Shown here one piece after another: positions 1 to 9,515 of a DNA stretch of 64,000 nucleotides; position 1 is the first letter of the stretch; every line of letters begins with the position of its first letter. The position numbers and the translations under genes are program-made. This DNA is from Podarcis vaucheri (Eukaryota): the NCBI GenBank assembly GCA_965113315.1, contig OZ220363.1; one strand, given 5' to 3'. Under the pieces are notes generated by a model that saw nothing but the letters and a program-made list of their open reading frames with translations, was not told the origin of the DNA and did no database searches.

Positions 1-3000
1 ACAGCAAGAAGAGAAGTTGCCACAGGGGCAAATACCTCTCAAATTCCTGTATTCTGCTTCAGAGGAAATGGAAGCCTTTCAAAGGCAGCAGCTGAAATCC
101 ACTGAAAGCAATGTCCTCTACAAGAGCAGCGACCACAAAGAATGCACCCTGTCCCCAGGGAAAGAACTACAAACGCAAGAGCAAATGTTTGATCTGAAAG
201 CACACGCTGCATCTTTATCACAAGGCTTTTCATTGAAGGAAGCTGAAACATTACCAGAGAAAGAAGTGGGTTCCTTTAATTTGAGGTCGACTTTTGAGAC
301 AATGGGTACAGAGACAGAGAGTTTCATAAAACAGCTACAGAAGGCAAGCATACCAGAGGAAGGAGTTTCTCTAAGTGAGGAACTTCGTCAGAGCTATAAG
401 GCGCGGCTGGAGGGAGATAATTCCCTAGAACAAAAATTACAAGCGGAAGCAGAGCTGACAGTGACACAAATACTGAAGAAGGCCTTAGAAACGATTAGCC
501 TTTCTACTGAACAGGAGCCTGCTACAAAACGGCATTGCGATCAGGAGGGGAACATTTCTGAGGAGGCAGTGCTTAGGATGCCAGATGAAGCCTTTCTGTG
601 GGGCCAGCCAGAACCCATTCCTCTCAGTCAGTATTTTCAAAACCAAGTGAAAGAAACTGGTGTCCTCGAAGGGGATAGTTTCATATCTGATTTGAAAAAA
701 GCTGCACATGGAAAGAAGCCTGAAAGTGTTCATGAAACAGGGGGAGAAAAGGCACGTGTTACTGAGCAAACCATTATCAAAGCGAGGAGCTTTTCCACTG
801 AGGGGGCTACTGATATCGAGAAGCCTTTTGATAGCCAAATAATGCCTGACAAACAACCATCATCACACAGCTCAGCCGAGGAACCCTCGTTGGCCCAGTT
901 CCTTCTTTCTTTAAAAGATGAATCACTTATAAGCCAGGGAGGTGTGACAGGAGAATGTGAAACTACTGAATTCATGAATCCTCCTCTAGGAAATCTAACT
1001 GAAGGGGCTACCAAAGAAACTACTCTTCACGCTCAAGAACTTCCTCCTCCTCCTCATGAAGGAGCAGATTTCTCTCTTACAAAATATTTGCTTTCTGCCA
1101 GAGAACAGGAGATCCCGGTTGTCAGAGAGAGCTCATCCAGGACTCTGACCCGGGAGGGATCTATCACATCCTTGGAGGTTGAAGATGTTACATTTAGCAC
1201 CGTTTATGATTATTACAAACAACAGCAAGAACTGACCCGCCCTTTCTCTCCCGAGTCAGAAATGTCTATTGATATTGACAGCATGAGCGGAGATGAAATG
1301 GTAGAGGCTGAGGGATTCTACACACCACCGTCATCAGTGGATAATTTTGAATCTCCCATGTCTTTTGAGTCTTATCACACACCAATTGGCAGCCCGGAAC
1401 GATATTCTACGCCTTCAGAGGAGCGATACTCTACACCATCAGAGGAGCGATATTCTACACCGTCAGAGGAGCGATATTCTACACCATCAGAGGAGCGATA
1501 TTCTACACCATCAGCAGAGTCAAACAGAACTTCAGTGAGGTCTCCTGCAAGTCTAGTAAGGGGAAGTACCCCACCAGAACGTTATCAAACACCCCGTGGC
1601 TCTCGTTTGCAACACAGGAGCTCTTCTCTTGAAGAGCTACGTGCTGAAATGTTCGGTACACCTTGTGAAGCATTGGAACCAAAGGGAAACGAAATTCCCC
1701 CTGCATTTATTAAGCCATTGACTAAAAGAAAAATCTATGAGAACACCACATTGCGTTTTATTGCCGAGGTCATAGGGATTCCCATACCTGATGTGAAATG
1801 GTATAGAAATAAGTCATTGCTTGAGCAAGATGAAAGGGTCAAAATACAAAAAGAAGGTGATGTTTGTATCTTAGAAATCCGCAACATTCAAAAAACAGAC
1901 GGAGGGGAATATATGTGCCATGCAATAAATATCATAGGCGAATCCAAGAATATCGCACAAGTACAAGTGTTACCCCATGATGGAAGAGCTTTGGCTCTTC
2001 CTCCTCCAGTAACTCATCAACACGTCATAGAGTTTGATATAGAACAAGGGTCAGCGTCACGGACACCTTCGCCTCAGGAAATTCTCCTGGAAGTGGAGCT
2101 GGATGAAACTGAGATTAAGGAATGTGAGAAGCAAGTGAAAATAGCCACTATTCCTGAACTCACTTCTGATAATCAAAGTATGATTGTGTCTCTTGATGTG
2201 CTCCCTTTATCTCTGGTGGAACACACAACGGCTTCTTTTGGGAAAGAGAACGAAGATGTTACAATTGACTTTGAAGTCACCGAGATGCCTCCACGCTTTA
2301 CCACCCCTGTCTTTGATGTAGAGGTTCCAGAAAAATCTGAGGCATTGTTTCATTGTACAGTCTCAGGCTGTCCTACCCCAGTAGTACAGTGGTTTAAGGG
2401 AAATCAGTGCATTTCTTCAGACGCTTTGAAGTACGCTGTTAGAAGTGAGAATGGAAGTCATAGTCTTAAAATTCAGAACGTACAGCATTCTGATAGTGGC
2501 ATGTATTTGTGTAAGGCTGTTAATGCTGTTGGAGAAGCTATATGCAGGTGCTTGTTAGCTGTAACTGAGGGCCAAGGGGCTCTTGCAGTGACCAATGATG
2601 GAAGTCAGACAGATTTAAGTTTGGATAGCAGTAGTGGTAGGCCTCAAAAGATTGATTTGCTTGTTGATAATACTATCCAAAATGGCAACCAGACGGAAAT
2701 AGAGCTGGAGTTTGAGTTTGAAGGTGACACTGATGATTCTCAGAAAGCTGTTAAATTGGTAGCTGTTACAGAACAGGAGCAGGGAGAGGAAGAGGAAGGA
2801 GAAGCATGTGTAAATATTAACTTTGATGTATTTGCTGAACCATCCAAAGAAGAGCAGATTGAATTTAAAGGTGAGAGCACAGACAGCTGCAGCTTTGAAT
2901 TTCAAGTTACAGAAGCACCTCCAAAGTTTATGAAACATATTTCCGATTGTGCTTCTTTCAAGGGTACCTCTGCAAGTTTCCAGTGTTTAGTAGTGGGTTC

Positions 3001-3196
3001 TCCAAAACCGGCAATAAGCTGGTTTAAAAATGGGGCATTGATTCATGAAGAGAGATACTGTGTGGAGGAAAGTCAGGAAGGTTGTCACAGTCTGACTATA
3101 AGAAGCTTAGTCCAAACTGATGAAGGCGAGTATAAGTGTGTAGCAACAAACAAAGCAGGGACTGCCTACAGCTGTGCTTCGTTAACAATCTGCTGA
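1..3196 (+). CDS. TTN: Titin novex-3 alternative terminal exon, 3' part (5' end outside window): unique sequence, ERYSTP repeats, three Ig domains, stop
   Basis: Frame open from base 2 to TGA 3194-3196; three I-set domains (PPAF..WYRN..DGGEYMC, PPRF..WFKG..DSGMYLC, PPKF..WFKN..DEGEYKC); lies directly upstream of N2B. Confidence 0.95.
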   Translation, partial: QQEEKLPQGQIPLKFLYSASEEMEAFQRQQLKSTESNVLYKSSDHKECTLSPGKELQTQEQMFDLKAHAASLSQGFSLKEAETLPEKEVGSFNLRSTFETMGTETESFIKQLQKASIPEEGVSLSEELRQSYKARLEGDNSLEQKLQAEAELTVTQILKKALETISLSTEQEPATKRHCDQEGNISEEAVLRMPDEAFLWGQPEPIPLSQYFQNQVKETGVLEGDSFISDLKKAAHGKKPESVHETGGEKARVTEQTIIKARSFSTEGATDIEKPFDSQIMPDKQPSSHSSAEEPSLAQFLLSLKDESLISQGGVTGECETTEFMNPPLGNLTEGATKETTLHAQELPPPPHEGADFSLTKYLLSAREQEIPVVRESSSRTLTREGSITSLEVEDVTFSTVYDYYKQQQELTRPFSPESEMSIDIDSMSGDEMVEAEGFYTPPSSVDNFESPMSFESYHTPIGSPERYSTPSEERYSTPSEERYSTPSEERYSTPSEERYSTPSAESNRTSVRSPASLVRGSTPPERYQTPRGSRLQHRSSSLEELRAEMFGTPCEALEPKGNEIPPAFIKPLTKRKIYENTTLRFIAEVIGIPIPDVKWYRNKSLLEQDERVKIQKEGDVCILEIRNIQKTDGGEYMCHAINIIGESKNIAQVQVLPHDGRALALPPPVTHQHVIEFDIEQGSASRTPSPQEILLEVELDETEIKECEKQVKIATIPELTSDNQSMIVSLDVLPLSLVEHTTASFGKENEDVTIDFEVTEMPPRFTTPVFDVEVPEKSEALFHCTVSGCPTPVVQWFKGNQCISSDALKYAVRSENGSHSLKIQNVQHSDSGMYLCKAVNAVGEAICRCLLAVTEGQGALAVTNDGSQTDLSLDSSSGRPQKIDLLVDNTIQNGNQTEIELEFEFEGDTDDSQKAVKLVAVTEQEQGEEEEGEACVNINFDVFAEPSKEEQIEFKGESTDSCSFEFQVTEAPPKFMKHISDCASFKGTSASFQCLVVGSPKPAISWFKNGALIHEERYCVEESQEGCHSLTIRSLVQTDEGEYKCVATNKAGTAYSCASLTIC
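1397..1516 (+). repeat. Coding minisatellite, 5 x 24 bp (ERYSTPSE)
   Basis: Unit gagcgatattctacaccatcagag at 1397, 1421, 1445, 1469, 1493. Confidence 0.97.
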
Positions 3197-6100
3197 ACTT
3201 TCAAAATGTATTTATTCTTAAAGAGGCAGCACATTTGCACCGCGTTTAGAGATCCATCCTGGTAGACTATGTAGCAGTAATTTTGATGCTTCTTGTTATT
3301 TGAAGCAACCTTATGAGTGGGATTCACTGGTTCCTCCCCAAGACTCTCCCTACCGGGAACTACTGTGGAGATGAAGTGATGCTTAGCTCTTATTATACGC
3401 TAAGCTTCACTCAAAGCAAGTTCCATTGATCCCGACACCGTATGCATCCTTGTAATGATATCATTGTAATTGTCACCCACATGTGTACACCATCTTTGTC
3501 TGATACATGTAAATATGATTGTTTTATTTAAAAGGTGCATTCACATTTTTGTTAAGAGGGTCTTGAAATATTTGATACCCCCTTTTTTCTTATAACTGAC
3601 TTTTTTGGAATTGTACTTTATATGCACACTGAATTTTAAATGCAGTACCAGAAGAGAAATGAGGATTTCCCTCTCGCAATGTTGTATCAGAAAATAACAT
3701 TCTCTCTTGAACAGATCCTGAAATCTTATGTTCTTTCTCTCCCACTGAAGTAACTGAGACTTATATTGATCTCATTCCAATTCAAATGATGAGTATTAAC
3801 ATGACACCAGTTGAAATAGCCTGATTCAAAGAGAATCAGAGACCAAATTGGCCCATTTGGGTTTTCTGTCACAGTGGAGATTGCAGAAAAAACTTTCAGA
3901 TTTATTTTTCTTTTACCAAGTTAAAACTAACTGTTAGCTAGAGAAAAAGCAATGTAAAACAGGCAAATATGCTAATGTGAAGCTAGCATAAATAAAATAT
4001 ATTGAAATTAAACTTCTTAAAAATGGTTACACTTTAGGTGGTCAATTAATCTCTAGCAATGGATGAAATGAAACAGAACCCTGAAATCCATCTCAAGCCA
4101 AGACCTTGATATCCAACATTATTTTTTAAAATACAATTCTTTATCAAGGGACATTCATATTATTCTGTTGCAGCAAAATAGTGAACCTTCAAAGCCTAGC
4201 AAATTTATTATGGCACACTCACACAAAAATTATACCATAATAAATTTGATAGTCTTTCAAGTATCATAAAACTCTTTGCTATTTTTAAACCTCTGTCATC
4301 ATAGACTAGAAGAAGTATGAATTTAAAACCATGTTTTTCAGTATATGAACGGACATGAATATTGTCCACTGTACAAATTTCATTCAGTAAAATGTTTTGT
4401 GCTGTGGTTGCATGCAAGCTTAGCTGGGACCAAATCCCATTGGAGACAATGGGATTTTACTCCTGAGTAAACATGCCTAGGTTTGGGACTCTAAGGCTGC
4501 AGTTCCAGACCCTATATGCCTGAGAGTAAACCTAAATCAACGCAATGGGGCTTAACTCCATGTTGATATGTATCATGGGAGCCAACTCCTAGGGGCTGAG
4601 CTCCTTTCGCCCTCCCATATTTTATTTGAGGGGGTTGGTGGCTCTCCAAAGCTGATGGGCATTGCCATTCAAATGGTGTGTGTGTGTGCCATGTCTTGTG
4701 ATCAATTATGTGGGGTGAGGCTTACATACCCCCCTCAATATTTTATTCATGATGGCACCCCTGATCCGTATAGGACTTCACTCCCTGTGTATATGAAAAA
4801 AAGAAAAAGAAAATACATAGGTAATCTAGTCACTATTGTGATCAGCACCAAAAGCACATTCTCTAACTCAGACATATTGATAAACGAAAATAGCCTTTTA
4901 ACACTAGAAAAGAATACACCACTCTGAGACAGCTACCTTTAAATATGAAACTGTACTTTTGAGAGTTCCTGCTTTATATTATTTTCAACACTGATATTTA
5001 AAAGAAGCATGATAATTTATACTTAAATAAATTGGTGCATTTATATACTCAGTTGTGCACATGCATGCTCTTATTTCTATATTTATGTGCTCAGTCTTTC
5101 ATCAAAAATCTGTGGCTTTAGGCACCACATAATCCCAAAGCTGATGCTATATTACTAGGAATTGCTGAAGTTCCCAAACATGTTAGAATTACTCTTCAAA
5201 ATATAGAGCAGGTCATGTAAAAAACCACACCCTGTAAATATGCCTGCCCCCATACCATCAACTTTTATCAGCGGTTCTCATCACAGAATCTTACGTAGGG
5301 CAAAGACAGAAGCTTTGCTTCGAAACGCAGAGCTACTTGCCCGAGACATGCATAACATGTTTTGTCAAATAGCTTGGGTGATCTGTGGAAAGCAGCCTGT
5401 ATGGCTCCTTTATCACAGGATCCTCAGAACGGAAATCTCGCCGCCACTGATTTCAAAATTACAAGTTTGATTCTATTTCCAGCCAAGCCATTTTCAGTCT
5501 CAGTTGACTAGAAATTTCAAACAGTTTAGACACCTGGTAACATACTAGGCATTTATATGTAAAACCTAAGGAAAGAAGTAAAAGGGGGGGGAGGGTGTTT
5601 CCTTTTGGAAACACTAAACTGACACAATGGATATCACAAGGTATTTCAGCACTCTCAACGTGCTGACAGTAGGCATTAAAATAATTTGCATGGCAGTTAA
5701 AATGTTTCAATAGTGTAAGAGTATAAGAGAAATGAAATTTCTGATCCAACATTGAGCTGGGTAGAAATTGCTCATAGCATTGTGTCCATTGTCATTCCCA
5801 ATATAGCTGACTAGCAGTTTTGGAGCAAATGAAGTGCAGCTATCCCAGCATATTAGGGAAAATGCATTGAATGTATTATATGGTCTGATGCTATCAGAAA
5901 GCCCACGGTGTTTCACTCTGAATAAGTTCAGCCACCATATCTGACCTCTCACACTCACTTCCAGCTTGTAGTATCTTTGCATCCACTTTATCTGCGGCCT
6001 GATCCTGTAAATCCAAACCATTGGTTACAGTCAAAATCATGGCCAAGTAGCTGTGATGAAAGCAAAGACTGGCAGCTACACCTGTAGCATTGCATGCAAC

Positions 6101-6347
6101 TAAGCCCTACTCAGAGTTGACCCATTTAAATTAATGGATGTAATTTAGTCATACCCATTAATTTCAGTTGACTCTAAGTAGGACTAATATTGGCTACAAT
6201 TCCCATCTTCCAAAGCTAGCATTTAAGCTATACACTTTTCCAGTGTCAACTCAGATGTCTTTTTTCATAGTTACAGGGTATTCTTAAAAGAAAAAGGAAC
6301 GAAAGAGCTTTATTTGTTCATATTTGATGTTACATTTTAAATGTCAA

Positions 6348-6408
6348 TGTATATATTGTTTTAATAAAAGTTTAAAATACAGTACTCGACTTTGGTTTTG
6401 TATTCTTC
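6348..6408 (+). terminator. Candidate poly(A) site for the novex-3 3'UTR
   Basis: TGTA 6348-6351, AATAAA 6363-6368, GU/U-rich tttggttttgtattcttc 6391-6408; other AATAAA at 3991, 4239, 5026. Confidence 0.5.
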
Positions 6409-6696
6409 ATTGAGCATACATTGAAGAATTAATTATCGACCTTTAAACAATGGTGGTATGTATGTGAAGGTCATAACCTTTATGCCCATCCTTCTAGACA
6501 TATGAAACTAGAAACACATCATTTTTTTCTAGAGTTGAACAGAGGGTGGGATGTTGGGAAAGTTCTCTTTGTAACTGTCAAACAAAGAACAGTTAACTTA
6601 CTCTGGCATTTAAATTTAAAAACATGTACCAGTCATTTGCACACATGCTCAATTAATCATTAGTAGAGAACTGCAGTGTTCCAACAGAGTACTTTA

Positions 6697-6803
6697 AATG
6701 TTTGTAGGGGAAATGTAATGTCTGTAGGGGAAATATAATGTTTGTAGGGGAAATGTAATGTTTGTAGGGGAAATGTAATGTTTGTAGGGGAAATGTAATG
6801 TTT
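6697..6803. repeat. Minisatellite, ~5.3 x 20 bp (aatgtttgtaggggaaatgt)
   Basis: Direct tandem copies visible. Confidence 0.95.
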
Positions 6804-6939
6804 AGAGCCCCAAAGGTATAGAGGCCTCCCTAGAACCTTGAAGGTACACAAGACTCCCATGGTTCTCTGTGACAGAGACAAAGAAAATTCTGTGCTGCCA
6901 GGGATTCTTCCCCCCATAGATTTTAGGTAGAGCTATATC

Positions 6940-7080
6940 GTTTGTTTGTTTGTTTGTTTGTTTGTTTGATTGATTTAAATTTGTATACCGCCCTATGCCT
7001 GCAGGTCTCAGGGCAGTTACAACATAATATCACAATAATATAAAAACACAAAATACATAATAAAAAAAGAAACAGAAAAT
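6940..7080 (-). mobile_element. 3' end of an L2-type LINE/SINE with (AAAC)n tail
   Basis: (GTTT)n followed by ttgtataccgccct...ctcagggcagttac, the reverse complement of the squamate L2-like 3' stem-loop. Confidence 0.5.
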
Positions 7081-7819
7081 ATCTTTATTGTACCACTTGA
7101 CCTGGAAGTAATAGCTGTATAGTCCTCCTCATATCATAGTTTAACCATTTGTGGATCTTAATTGCCATTTTAGAAAAAGGGAGGAATTTGTAGTATTTAG
7201 TGCGGCAAAACTGAGTGGTTTTGTAAATGTCCCGAAAACATGTCCGCCTTCATACCATCAACTTTATCTGTGGTTATCATTGCAGAATCTTACATAGGGC
7301 AAAGACGAAAGCTTTGCTTCGAAACACTGAGCTGCTTTGTTTTGTAGTTTTGTAGAATTTGTAGTATTAAGTGTGGCAAAAGTGAGGGCATGGATTAGGA
7401 AGTCAATATCTAACTGATCCATGCCCCCATTGGAGGACTTACAGAAGCTCATGCACATAAGAAAGGATGGCAACCAATTGGTGGGGAAAGCCAAATTGTT
7501 TCCTGACTGCTTGTCTGCCTGGCACAGTGTATGTGGACCATTTGTGGACCACAGAGCAGCCCTAGGTCTTCTGATCAAGAGCTGAGAACCACGTGGCCTC
7601 TGAGTATTAAGAAGATGAATGTTTTCCTTCCAGAGGAAGGCTATACTGCCTAGGATACCTTATATGATCAAATACCTCTGGGTAGAGAAAGAAACACTGG
7701 CACTATCAATACTGAACCATATGGTTGATGGTCCGACTTGGCATAAAATAGTTGTCTGTGTCTTTGACTTGGAACTAATTTTTGCTGGCTGAGCTCTAGA
7801 ACTTTCTGCCTTAGGGCTA

Positions 7820-7908
7820 ATATTGTATTTTAATATTCTGTTGGAAGCCGCCCAGAATGGCTGGGGAAACCCAGCCAGATGGGCGGGGTATAAATAAATT
7901 ATTATTAT
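7820..7908 (+). mobile_element. L2-type LINE 3' end fragment
   Basis: gaagccgcccag..tggctggggaaacccagcca..gggcggggtataaataaattattatt hairpin and tail. Confidence 0.55.
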
Positions 7909-9072
7909 TTCCAACACCATAATTCTATGTTTCTACTGAATGGCATGAAGTGGAGTGCATTAGTTGTGCTTGACTGTTTAATTCAGTTGAAATGAATGGG
8001 ATTTATGGTTCATTGATTTCAATGGGACTTAAGCATCTCCCCCCCTGGATTGGTGCTGTATAATCAGTAGCACCATTTCAGTGAATACCTTTTATTTCAC
8101 TTACCATCCTACACCTCAGACCACATTCCTTTTTCAGATATAAAACAGCCCCATAAAGCAAATCCAATAAGAATAATTGCTGAATCTACCTCCAGGTGTT
8201 AAGTGCACTTTAAGTCACACACAAAATACGTAGAAGATTATATACCAGTGTAAAAAATTATTACGAGTTTAAATATTTATTATTGTGTGATATGTTACTG
8301 AATCCCTATCCCAATTAATATTCTCTTTATGACTTTATGACTTGGAGTGAGATTTCCTTTTCCATTAATAGAAGGGTTCCTTTCTTCTGCAGAAGTTTCT
8401 CTGTTCCAATAGAGGATCCTGCTGACCGAAAATGTGAGAGATAATTTTTGTGGATTCCTCCTTCCCCTTGCATTCTCATGCCACAGGAGGGTTCCCCAAA
8501 TTTGCCAGAGCAAATTTTCAGGGGGATGCAGGGTGAAGCAGCAAAATTTTCCTTTTCTTCCTTCTGTCAGCAGGAACACCCCATAATGAGCATTCAGCTC
8601 ATGGATCTGCAGTACCATATTTTTTTTAAAGGGAGTATTTAAATCATCAAACATTTATTGCAGACTCTTGTATCTCCTAGATCAACTTTCCTCAGCCTGG
8701 TATCCTCCATACATCTGAGGCTCTCAGCTCCCATCATCCCTGACCGACAGCCATACTGGTTGGAGCAGATGGAAATTGTAGTCCAAAAAATCTGCAGAAT
8801 AGCAGGAGAGGGAAGACTGCCCTTGATGGGGAACTTGTGGCCCTCCAGACTTTGCTAGAATTCAATTCCCATCAGTCCCAGCCACAATGGCTAATGTTCT
8901 AGAATGATGGGAGCTGTGATTTTGCTTTTTTAGTACTAATGGAAAAGTGAACATCTGAGTCTGTCTATACATATTAAACACCAACCCATATATCTGAGAT
9001 GTATTATGCCTTCAGTTTATATGCAGATATTCCCCAATATTCATGTACTAATTAAATGAGAAATTGTCAATA

Positions 9073-9320
9073 CGGTGGTACCTTGGTACTTGAATGGCTT
9101 AGTTCCCCAAAAAATGAACTCCAGAACGCCGCAAACCCGAAAAGTGTTCTAGGTTGTGAACGTTTTTCGAACGCCTAATGTCCAACGTGACAGACAAGTG
9201 GCTTCCGATTGGCTCTTCTGATTGCAAGAGCCAATCAGAAGCCGTGCCTTGGAAATCGAACGTTTCGGAAGTTGAACATCCTTCTGGAACAGATTACGTT
9301 CAGCTTCCGAGGTACCACTG
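9073..9320. mobile_element. Tc1/mariner (Tigger/pogo-like) MITE
   Basis: TIRs cggtggtacctt / gaggtaccactg, TA and TG flanks, internal 18-bp hairpin 9200-9243. Confidence 0.75.
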
Positions 9321-9515
9321 TGTAAACTACATCCTAAAATAATGTCCACCCTTTGATTCAAGGTATATTTTAAAATATATGAATGTTTTAATCATCTTGC
9401 AGCATTACAAAGTGTTGTCCTAACATGATAATTGATTGATAGTATCTGGTAGATACAAGATGAATTTTTCAAGAAAGCATTTTAGTAAAATGTAAATAAT
9501 TTTTTCCCCATACAG

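Noticed and set aside
1397-1516. CRISPR-like array (also 6697-6803)
   Set aside because: These are head-to-tail tandem repeats without unique spacers, in a vertebrate gene
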